Below are positions 26,991-34,718 of a stretch of 58,941 nucleotides of DNA, one piece after another. The notes under the pieces are model-generated. The model was not told the DNA's origin. It made no database searches and was given only the letters and a program-made list of their open reading frames with translations. Source of the stretch: a virus (Duplodnaviria; Caudoviricetes); IMG/VR virus record IMGVR_UViG_3300037565_000164, positions 1 through 58,941 of that record, one strand, 5' to 3'. Made by a program: the position numbers and the translations under genes. Each line of letters opens with the position of its first letter. Position 1 is the first letter of the stretch.

Positions 26991-28304
26991 TCACGTCTTG
27001 ATGCAGTAGAGCAGCGCAACGTTGCGCGGCCGGGCCTCGGCGCCGCCGTCGGCCTCGACCGTGATGGTGTGGGTGTGATCGCCGCCAGAATTGATGGACA
27101 GAGTATGCGAGTGATTGCCCGCAGAACTCGTAGAAATGCTACCGCTTGAGGGGTCGGTATTAGGCTGAACACCCAAGGGGCCAGTTTCCTCCGGCTGACT
27201 AGGCGCTAGGTTTGTTGTATGAGTATGGGCGCCCGTAGTATTTGTGCTGCCACTATGGGTATGCGACCCCGCGCTGCTCGAGCTGGCGGTGTGCGTGTGG
27301 CTCTTGTTCTGGTCACCCTGCGCCGAGCCCAGCGCGCGATCTGTATCAACACCCCGGCCGTCATCGAGCCCGCGAATGAATTCACCCCGCAGCTCGGGCA
27401 GATTGAAGGTGGTGGATCCGTCACCGACGCCATAGGTGGTGCCGATCGCGGTGAATAGCGTGGCGTAGGTGGTGCGCGAGACGGCTGCGCCATTGCATTT
27501 GAGCCAGCCTGTGGGGGCGCTCGACTGGGCAAAGGGCATTACGGCGCCAGCAGGGGGCGCGGTCCCCACAGCGACATAGAGCGTGTCGAAATAGGTTTTC
27601 AGCGTCGCCTTGACGTTTGCCCAGGTCAGTTGTTTGGAGGCATTGCTTGCCTCGCTGTCTGAAAGCGCGATGGTGTCGGCATCGACAGGAGTGGTCTTCG
27701 CTGTTCCGGCGGCGATAAGGCCGCCCAGGGCCACCCAGATGGTGGCTTTCACATTGGCCCACGTCAGTTTCTTGCTGGCGCCGCTGGCTTCGCTGTCGGA
27801 CAGCGCGAAGGTATCAGCGTCCACCGGCGTGGTCTTGCCGGTAGCGGCTGCAATCAGCGCCCCCAGGGCCGTGCCGACCGCCGTCTTGATATTGGCCCAG
27901 CTCAGCAGCTTGAGCGCACCGCTGGCCGCGCTATCGAGCATCAGCACGGTGTCGGCATCGACCGGCGTGGTCTTGGCGGCGGCGGCGCCAACGCTGTCGT
28001 TGTCCCACTTCTCGCCGAGCCCTTGGGCGGTCAGAGAGTGCAGCACGGCGTCGCCGGTGGCGAAGTTCAGGGCGGTCGTGCCCTCACGCGCCCGTGTCAC
28101 GGTCAGAACGGAGCCGGTGCGGCTGGTGCAGTGCACAATCTCCTGCGATCCGTCGGACTTGGCCAGCGTGATCGCCGCCCATTCCCCGGCGCCAGGAGAC
28201 GGAAACTTGGCGGCATCGCCGCTCTGCACCGTGATGGTGAGGTCGCTGTTTGCCGCGTCGGCCGCCAGCGTGCTGCGGGCATTGTTGGTATAGATGGCAA
28301 CCAT
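26991..28304 (-). CDS. Tail fibre protein with collar domain
   Basis: PAGAVMPFA..PTGWLKCNG..TTFNLPELRGEFIRG; HTH-tripeptide repeats; RPRNVALLYCIK. Confidence 0.88.
   Translation of the reverse strand: MVAIYTNNARSTLAADAANSDLTITVQSGDAAKFPSPGAGEWAAITLAKSDGSQEIVHCTSRTGSVLTVTRAREGTTALNFATGDAVLHSLTAQGLGEKWDNDSVGAAAAKTTPVDADTVLMLDSAASGALKLLSWANIKTAVGTALGALIAAATGKTTPVDADTFALSDSEASGASKKLTWANVKATIWVALGGLIAAGTAKTTPVDADTIALSDSEASNASKQLTWANVKATLKTYFDTLYVAVGTAPPAGAVMPFAQSSAPTGWLKCNGAAVSRTTYATLFTAIGTTYGVGDGSTTFNLPELRGEFIRGLDDGRGVDTDRALGSAQGDQNKSHTHTASSSSAGSHTHSGSTNTTGAHTHTTNLAPSQPEETGPLGVQPNTDPSSGSISTSSAGNHSHTLSINSGGDHTHTITVEADGGAEARPRNVALLYCIKT
27598..27985 (-). repeat. Three ~46-aa tandem repeats in the tail fibre
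   Basis: KTTPVDADT...SD/LDS.AS.A.K.L.WAN(I/V)K occurs three times. Confidence 0.85.
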
Positions 28305-28306
28305 GG

Positions 28307-28942
28307 TCAGAAATACCTCGCCTTGGTTCGGAGCGATGCGCGCTGACGGCCCCGCACCGCCTTGCGGGACTCGGAGGGCAAGGCGCCTTCAAATTCTTGT
28401 CGCAGCACGCCGCCGAGCGCCGGATTGGCGTATTCCGTATTGGGCAGGCCAAGGACAGCCCCTGCGGCGCCGGTGGCAATCAGGTCGCCATAGCGGCTGT
28501 AAATGTCCTCGGGCAGCTCGTCCGCGTTCATGGCAGGCATCAGCACGACACGGCCGGTCAGCGTGCCGGTCTGGCGCGGATAGATCGTGATTTCGTTGGG
28601 CGTCAGCTTCGTAGCAAAACAGTGCGCCGTCGCGGTGTCCGTGCTGCGGTCCCATTCGGGGTGCTCTTCATCGAGCCATTCGAGAGTGACGGGGTCCAGC
28701 AGGGTGTCATCGAGGCGGATCTTGGTGATTTCCACCACCTCTGCCTGCCACTCTGCTTCGAGCAGATCGCCGAGCAACACCGATTCGGGGGTGGTGACTT
28801 CGCCCGTCACGGATGCACGCCACGCCTTGACCAGGCTGCACAGCATGCGGGCGGCTTCAACCAAATGCTCCTGCACCACTGGCTCGGGGCAATTGGGGGC
28901 CCGACGCAATACCTTCGGGAACAGGGCGTCAAACCCGATCAT
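28307..28942 (-). CDS. Head-tail adaptor-like protein
   Basis: Size and position between the capsid and tail-fibre genes. Confidence 0.6.
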   Translation of the reverse strand: MIGFDALFPKVLRRAPNCPEPVVQEHLVEAARMLCSLVKAWRASVTGEVTTPESVLLGDLLEAEWQAEVVEITKIRLDDTLLDPVTLEWLDEEHPEWDRSTDTATAHCFATKLTPNEITIYPRQTGTLTGRVVLMPAMNADELPEDIYSRYGDLIATGAAGAVLGLPNTEYANPALGGVLRQEFEGALPSESRKAVRGRQRASLRTKARYF

Positions 28943-29646
28943 GGCGCACCCCGCCGATTATTTGGGCTCGAGCTGCCTTCCACCTGGATCTTGATACCCA
29001 GCGCATTGGCAAAGGCGGCGTAGTGGGTCTGGCTGCGGACCGACACGCCCTGCGGCGCATCAATGGCGAAAGCCCGATAAAGCACATAGTCAGTCAGCGG
29101 CACCGAGTATGGTTCGGGCAAGTCGAGATCGGTGCCATAGCCGTCGATGGTATTCTCGTCGCCTTCGGTGGCCGTGATCGTAGCGGGCTGCTCGCTGAGC
29201 ACGGCTTCCACTTTCCCGTCCCCGGTATTGCCGGGGTAAACGAAGAAAGCCAAAGGCTCTTGCTCGTCATAGGTAAAATGCCGGACAACTGCCGAAAATG
29301 GTACGGAAGCTGTGCTGTGCCAGTTCGGATTGTGCGAATCGAGCATCTGCCGGCTGACAACCTTGATGGCGCGGCCCGCAACATACGGATCTTCGGAGAC
29401 AATATTGCGGGGGATGTCGATCAGCGACAGTCGCTTGGGCTCGCCATCGGGCGTTTCAATCTCCTGCCGCGTACCAGCGGCAAGAGCAATGATGCGGGTC
29501 CGCGTGAGGGCGGAGGGTTTGGCCAGGATCGTCGCGAGCTGGGCTTCATTGAGCCATTTGCACAGCTGCGGCAACGACCAGCGCACATGCGCCGTATCGT
29601 TGAGCAGCAGCGCGGCCCGCTCCAGGATGTCGCGCGCCTGGGTCAT
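28939..29646 (-). CDS. Head-tail adaptor-like protein (DUF6682-like)
   Basis: LLND..HVRWS..L..WLNEAQ...FFVYP...DYVLYRAF. Confidence 0.65.
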   Translation of the reverse strand: MTQARDILERAALLLNDTAHVRWSLPQLCKWLNEAQLATILAKPSALTRTRIIALAAGTRQEIETPDGEPKRLSLIDIPRNIVSEDPYVAGRAIKVVSRQMLDSHNPNWHSTASVPFSAVVRHFTYDEQEPLAFFVYPGNTGDGKVEAVLSEQPATITATEGDENTIDGYGTDLDLPEPYSVPLTDYVLYRAFAIDAPQGVSVRSQTHYAAFANALGIKIQVEGSSSPNNRRGAP

Positions 29647-29651
29647 GCGGT

Positions 29652-30287
29652 CTAGGCCTGCGAGTTTGCAGCGACGACGGCCTTGGCCTGATCGAGCCAC
29701 TGGTTGCGCTCGCTGGCGCCATCCAGTTCAAGCTCTGCGTCGATCGCGGCCAGTTGTTCGGCACTGAGCGCGGCCAGTTGCGCCACCGTGACGATGTCCT
29801 TGGTCGCCAACTTCTTGGCCGACGCCCTGCCCAACCCGGCCAGCGACTCGACCTTGGAGTCGGGACTGATGGCGGTTTCCTCGTCCGTGTCACTGGTGCC
29901 GCCCGACCCGTCCGGCTCAGTGGCCGCTTCGAGCAGACCCTTCAACTCGACGACTTCGTCATTGGCGAGCTTAATCTGCCCTTCCAGATCGCTGGCACGA
30001 GACGTTAGGGTGGCGTTCTCGGTTTCGAGCTCGGTGACACGCTTGGTCAGCGTCCCGTTGGCTTCTTCGAGCTCGGCGATGCGCGCTGCAGTTTCCTCAT
30101 CGGAAACTACTGCGACGACTGGCGCGTCCTCGACTTCCTCGTAAGCGGGAAGGCCGGTGAGGATAGCCAGGTGTTTGAGATTGTGGACCTGGGCGACAAA
30201 GCGCCCCTGCTCGTCCTTACTGAACAGGTAGGTTTCGCTGCCCAGAGTGGTTTCGGCCGGGCCGGTCATGCACTGTACGAGAGCCAT
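29652..30287 (-). CDS. Hypothetical protein with a coiled coil and a C-terminal helix-hairpin-helix-like domain
   Basis: Heptad region; LAGLGRASAKKL...TVAQLAAL. Confidence 0.7.
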   Translation of the reverse strand: MALVQCMTGPAETTLGSETYLFSKDEQGRFVAQVHNLKHLAILTGLPAYEEVEDAPVVAVVSDEETAARIAELEEANGTLTKRVTELETENATLTSRASDLEGQIKLANDEVVELKGLLEAATEPDGSGGTSDTDEETAISPDSKVESLAGLGRASAKKLATKDIVTVAQLAALSAEQLAAIDAELELDGASERNQWLDQAKAVVAANSQA

Positions 30288-30310
30288 TTCGGCCGCTCCT
30301 TGCTGGTTTC

Positions 30311-30352
30311 AAAAAAGCAAACGGGACACTGGGCTTAGGCCAGCGTCCCGTT
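30311..30352 (-). terminator. Rho-independent terminator
   Basis: AACGGGACGCTGG/CCAGTGTCCCGTT stem followed by TGCTTTTTT. Confidence 0.75.
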
Positions 30353-30391
30353 CACACTTGCTACGCGGGCCCCAAAGTGTTGCCGCGATCC

Positions 30392-30850
30392 TCAGGGGGC
30401 CATGTAGAAGAGCGTGAGGCCGAGAACGCCTTCGACAGCCGTTGCTGCGTCGGTCACCAGCTTAGCCCCCACACTGCGTTCACTGCCGGAGGCGGCGATG
30501 CGCAGCGCATCCTTCTCTGTGGTGCGAGCGACGCCGCCGCCCTGAGAGATGGTGGTGCCGTCGAAAAACTCATCGCCACAGGTGCGGGCGGACTCGGTGT
30601 CACCAGGTTCGCCGGACATTAGTCCGAAATCCCAAACGATAGCCGGAGTGCCGCTGTCCAGGTCATCACTGTCGGCGATTACATCAACAGGCACACAGCC
30701 CGATGGCAGAGAGCCAAACTCGATGATGTCGTTTTCGGCGATATCGGTGGGCACAGTGAAAGTCATGCGACAGGCGACGACGACGCCGGCCCCCAGAGGG
30801 TACGGCTGCGACTTGGCGCCCTTCGCGTAGTCAGACTGGTGGATGGTCAT
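30392..30850 (-). CDS. Capsid decoration/cement-like protein
   Basis: Follows the major capsid gene; DVIADSDDLDSG motif; beta-rich. Confidence 0.65.
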   Translation of the reverse strand: MTIHQSDYAKGAKSQPYPLGAGVVVACRMTFTVPTDIAENDIIEFGSLPSGCVPVDVIADSDDLDSGTPAIVWDFGLMSGEPGDTESARTCGDEFFDGTTISQGGGVARTTEKDALRIAASGSERSVGAKLVTDAATAVEGVLGLTLFYMAP

Positions 30851-30876
30851 GTCATTCTCCGAGTGACGGGGTTGCG

Positions 30877-30905
30877 AAAACCCGGCGCCCGGTCAGGGCG
30901 TCGGG
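30877..30905 (-). terminator. Hairpin plus TTTT after the major capsid gene
   Basis: CCCGACGCCC-TGACC-GGGCGCCGGG-TTTT. Confidence 0.55.
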
Positions 30906-30916
30906 CTGGGCGTCAG

Positions 30917-32017
30917 TTAGCCGTTGGGATCGGCGGCGGCCGTGTCGAGAGAGAGCACGCCGAAGTCGCGGTCTTTGAAGCGGGACTTCTTCACGCCGAC
31001 GATGATGCCGCCGATGACCTGCTTTTCGTTGCCGTGGTCGGCCTCGTCCTCACTCCACTGGAAGCGCATGCCGCCCTCGGCGCCGTAGGCGATAGCGCCA
31101 GCCTGGCGTCCGAGGAACAGGGCGCGACCGGCTTCGACATTGCTGCCGGAGCCATAGTCGGAGAAGCGAACGCCGCTCGAATGCTTGTGCAGCACGACAT
31201 TCTTGATCATGCCCAGACCACCCTTGAAGATCGGGTTGTTCCGGCCTTCAGCCGATGCGGCCGCCTTCTGGATATCGATCCAGCCGGTTGTGTCGGCCGT
31301 GCGCAGGTCATGCTCCTGGAACGGGTTCATGACGCAGACATAGTGCGGCTCGCCATTGATATCGATCGGCATCATGTTTGCCTGCTCGGGATCAGTGGCG
31401 GCCAGCATGCCTGCCTTGACCTCGGCCTTTTCGATCAGCGATTTGCTCATCTTGTCGTTGGCATCGAGGTCGCCCTTTGACGTCGCGTCGCCGCCATAGA
31501 GCAGGTGCCCGGCGTCGGGGGCCTCGATTGGATTCTCGGCGTGGCCGGCCCAGGTGGGTGGGGTGATAAAGCCAGCATTGCTGCCGCGTGCGCCGGAGAG
31601 ATAGATGAAGATCATCTCGTCCATGAACTTGGCCCAGTATTCCGACAGGCGGTTGCGGGCCACGGTGCGCAGATTGTGGATGGTGCGCTTCTGGGTCATC
31701 TTGCCACCGGCGCTGACGCCGTGGCGCATCTGGTCGATGCTGATCTGATCCGAGAAGAACTTGAGCTTTTCTTCCTTGCCCTCAAGCCGGTTGTCGCCGG
31801 TCGTGGGCATGCCGCGCAGTTGCACAGACAGGTCGATCTGGATGGTGTCGCCCTTGGCGGCTTCCAGATCGGTCAGGCGCTGAATGGGCGCGTTGTCATC
31901 GTTCTGGATGAACTTCTTCACCCAGTATGACTTGTCATTGGTCTGCAGGAAAAGCGAGCCCGACCACTTCTTGACTGCGCGGGGATCGCCAAACGGAATG
32001 GTCGTGGGACCGGCCAT
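30917..32017 (-). CDS. Major capsid protein, N4-gp56/DUF4043 family
   Basis: AVKKWS, GDTI..DL..QL, LEGKEE.L, IDQMRHGV, NPIFKGGLG, LFLGRQAG, DFGVLSLDT. Confidence 0.9.
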   Translation of the reverse strand: MAGPTTIPFGDPRAVKKWSGSLFLQTNDKSYWVKKFIQNDDNAPIQRLTDLEAAKGDTIQIDLSVQLRGMPTTGDNRLEGKEEKLKFFSDQISIDQMRHGVSAGGKMTQKRTIHNLRTVARNRLSEYWAKFMDEMIFIYLSGARGSNAGFITPPTWAGHAENPIEAPDAGHLLYGGDATSKGDLDANDKMSKSLIEKAEVKAGMLAATDPEQANMMPIDINGEPHYVCVMNPFQEHDLRTADTTGWIDIQKAAASAEGRNNPIFKGGLGMIKNVVLHKHSSGVRFSDYGSGSNVEAGRALFLGRQAGAIAYGAEGGMRFQWSEDEADHGNEKQVIGGIIVGVKKSRFKDRDFGVLSLDTAAADPNG

Positions 32018-32096
32018 GACATGCTCCTAGAAAGGGTTTGAGCACGTCATGCGCTGTGGTGTTGTTACGCATACTGCAATTCGCGGCGCCTGGCAA
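32018..32096 (-). promoter_or_regulatory. Late leader 4 (capsid operon): promoter plus motif (32042-32054)
   Basis: TTGCCA-17-TATGCG; AUGACGUGCUC pairs with GAGCAUGUCAU (11 bp, one G-U), covering RBS and AUG. Confidence 0.85.
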
Positions 32097-32170
32097 TGTG
32101 TGTGGTAAAGCGCCGGTTTACTTGTGCGAGATGTCTGTCAAGTCGAGCACTTATCGCGCCCGCGCCGGTA

Positions 32171-33316
32171 CTACTCGAACACGTAGATCGGTGAACTGGT
32201 CACGTTGTACGTCGCTGACAGCGTGATGGGGGCACCATAAACATCGGCCCCACTGGAATTGCCCGATAGATCCACGTTGCCGCTTTCGCCATCCCTGCGC
32301 CAGTAGATGCGACCGCTTTGCCCGTTCTTGGTGAAGTCGATGAACATAAGTCCCTGGCTGCGGGACTTGCGGAGACGAGCGCCGGAAAGCTGAGCAGTCA
32401 TGTAGGCGTAGGCGTCACCGGCAGGATCTAGCAACGCGGTGTTTTCCCGGTTCAGCAGATCGAGCTGCGAGAACGCGAACTCATCAGGCCCCCAGTGCAC
32501 ATAAGTGCGGGCACCAGCCAGCAGCGCGACGAGATATGATCGAACGATGTATGCTGCTGCAAAGGCGTCGGGCAGTTGAACATCCGTCTCCGGGGCGGGT
32601 GTCCATTGGTTGTTCTGCTGTTCACCATTGTCGTACCAGGCGTGCCATCCGCCCTCGGTCATATGCAGCGGGTAATGCGCAATGCCGTGCTTGGCCATCA
32701 CAGCGCGGTATTTTAGAGCGAGCGGCAGCATCTCCTCGGGCTGGCTGGGCTGCACATAGGGATGGAATCCCACAGCGTCGAAGTGCCCGGCGCCATTGGC
32801 AGTCAGGAAGTCATCGAGATAGTCGTGGCCCGGCGCCGTGGTGCTGTTGGAGACGATCTGAATATTGGGCACCACGGCCTTCATGGCATTGAAGGCCCCG
32901 ATTTGGTAAGTGAATCCGGTCGGCTTGTCGCCGGGCCAAAAACTCCCGTCGTTCCACTCGTTGCCGCCGCCGACGCGACCTCGACCGCTGCCAAGCTGGG
33001 CCGCATAGCGCTGGGCAAACTCGGTGTACCGCGTAATCCAAAGCGTATATTCGGGGACTTCACCACCAAAGCCGCCGCCGATGTCGTAGTGCAGCACAAG
33101 GTCATTGGCGTCGCAGAGGGCGAACAAGGCGTCTAGCACGGACCAGTTGCCGTCCTTGATCGCAGCCCATCCGACGCCGGGGGATGGCAGATCGGCCGGG
33201 CGGAGCAAGCCATAACCCAACTCGAAGTGGTTCGGGATGTGCCCTGCTTGTGACGATAGGGGGCGCCGCACCTGCACGCCGAAAAAGTCCGCTTCTACTG
33301 TCCTTGCGAGGTCAAA
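32171..33316 (-). CDS. Glycoside hydrolase, clan GH-A-like TIM barrel; start uncertain, possibly reached by a +1 frameshift
   Basis: FFG, GNEWN, FDAVGFHPY, LHMTEGGW, AAAYIVRSYL motifs. Confidence 0.7.
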   Translation of the reverse strand, partial: FDLARTVEADFFGVQVRRPLSSQAGHIPNHFELGYGLLRPADLPSPGVGWAAIKDGNWSVLDALFALCDANDLVLHYDIGGGFGGEVPEYTLWITRYTEFAQRYAAQLGSGRGRVGGGNEWNDGSFWPGDKPTGFTYQIGAFNAMKAVVPNIQIVSNSTTAPGHDYLDDFLTANGAGHFDAVGFHPYVQPSQPEEMLPLALKYRAVMAKHGIAHYPLHMTEGGWHAWYDNGEQQNNQWTPAPETDVQLPDAFAAAYIVRSYLVALLAGARTYVHWGPDEFAFSQLDLLNRENTALLDPAGDAYAYMTAQLSGARLRKSRSQGLMFIDFTKNGQSGRIYWRRDGESGNVDLSGNSSGADVYGAPITLSATYNVTSSPIYVFE

Positions 33317-34328
33317 CGGACCCCCAGTCAACGCGGGTGACCAGTGGCCTATCGAGGTCATCGGGATCAAGCGCATAGTCGCCTGCTGGAACATCGGCAA
33401 TGGGCGTGCTGCCCAATTCGCCATGCGTAAACAACAGGTCGGTGGTCGGCCCGGCAGGCAATTTGCTGGTGAGTGTTGCCGCGCCGCGGGTGCCGATGCA
33501 CGGGTAAGACGCGCTGTCGCGCTGCTCGATCATCGGCAAGGCAACGGCGATCCGGTTGTTGCTGAACACAGCTCCAGAGTTGAACGCAAACTCCAGATTG
33601 TGCTGCACATAGGCAACTGTGCCAGATGTGTTCGCCAACGTGACGGGAGTGATGTTCAACCCGCCCTTGCCGAAACGCTGGGTGGTTTCATCCACCAGGT
33701 CGCGGAGATTGTCGCCATAGTCAGTTTGCGCTACCCCGCCGCCCGATGTACGCCCAAACACGTTCGTGCGCAGGTTGGAAAGATTGTCGAGATTGTGCCC
33801 AGACGGGAAGCGCAGAAACAGGGAGCGGGTCCACTGCTGCCCGGCCAGGGCCGCGATATAGGTCCGCTCCTCGAACTCGATACCGATACCACCATTGCCC
33901 GACGCCGTGCCGTTGACGTTGAGCAACCACCAGTCGAGCCCGTCCACGGTTTCCAGCCCGACGAAAGAGACCGCTACACCGTTGTTTGTGAGGGCGAAGG
34001 CGTTCCAGTTTGCGGGGAGACCCGTCGCCGGCGCTTCCGGAATGACGTCACGAATATGGTTCTGACCAGCGGGTTCCAGCACCAGCCCAAGATCGGTTAG
34101 CGGCGGCTCTCCTGCAGCGAACGCGGACCATGTCCCAGCGCTGTCCGGCGCATAGACGTCGCCGCCAGTACGGGCATAGCCGAACGCCGTGGCGAAGTCT
34201 GCGCTTTCCCGGTCCACATAATAGGTCTCGCTGAGCAGGTCAGCCGAGAACAGTGGGTGAATCACACCCCTACTCAATGTCTGCGGGAGCAGGCCGAGTC
34301 GTCTGATGCCGAGACCGGGCAGGCGCAT
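33312..34328 (-). CDS. Head-spike/fibre-like virion protein
   Basis: FGYARTG..YAPDSAG..AGEPP..GLVLEPAGQN N-terminal pattern followed by a lectin-like beta region. Confidence 0.6.
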   Translation of the reverse strand: MRLPGLGIRRLGLLPQTLSRGVIHPLFSADLLSETYYVDRESADFATAFGYARTGGDVYAPDSAGTWSAFAAGEPPLTDLGLVLEPAGQNHIRDVIPEAPATGLPANWNAFALTNNGVAVSFVGLETVDGLDWWLLNVNGTASGNGGIGIEFEERTYIAALAGQQWTRSLFLRFPSGHNLDNLSNLRTNVFGRTSGGGVAQTDYGDNLRDLVDETTQRFGKGGLNITPVTLANTSGTVAYVQHNLEFAFNSGAVFSNNRIAVALPMIEQRDSASYPCIGTRGAATLTSKLPAGPTTDLLFTHGELGSTPIADVPAGDYALDPDDLDRPLVTRVDWGSV

Positions 34329-34329
34329 C

Positions 34330-34638
34330 TTAGGCCGCCGTCCATTCGAACTTGTCGCCAGGCTCGACCAGTACGTCAACCACGGTCAGCGCCGGCACGA
34401 ACAGGCGCGGGCTTGCACCCGCGTCCGGGTTTCCGCCGATCGAGATGTAAGCGTCCACGGCCGAGTAGATCTCGAACACGGCGCTGGCATCGGTCAAGGT
34501 GGGGGCGGCATTGCTGCTGACACTGCCGTCGGCAGGGGCCTCGGACCATTGAGGCTTGCCCAGCACCGGCAGATGGCGCCGGTTTTCCGGGGGAGCGGCA
34601 ATCTTGCAGCAGGTGACATGAAGACCAGAAAAAGCCAT
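34330..34638 (-). CDS. Small virion protein, possible spike base
   Basis: 102 aa, beta-rich, GGAG RBS, directly upstream of the spike-like gene. Confidence 0.55.
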   Translation of the reverse strand: MAFSGLHVTCCKIAAPPENRRHLPVLGKPQWSEAPADGSVSSNAAPTLTDASAVFEIYSAVDAYISIGGNPDAGASPRLFVPALTVVDVLVEPGDKFEWTAA

Positions 34639-34712
34639 GACGAATTCTCCTTGCAGGCGAGCACGTCATGCGCTGATGCACTCTTGATACGCGAATTCGT
34701 GCCGTGTGCCAA
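34639..34712 (-). promoter_or_regulatory. Late leader 5 (spike genes): promoter plus motif (34661-34673)
   Basis: TTGGCA-17-TATCAA; CAUGACG pairs perfectly with CGUCAUG, which contains the AUG. Confidence 0.8.
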
Positions 34713-34718
34713 CGGGCT

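Noticed and set aside
26991-28304. Diversity-generating retroelement or invertible tail-fibre system
   Set aside because: I found no reverse transcriptase, no TR/VR pair and no invertase.
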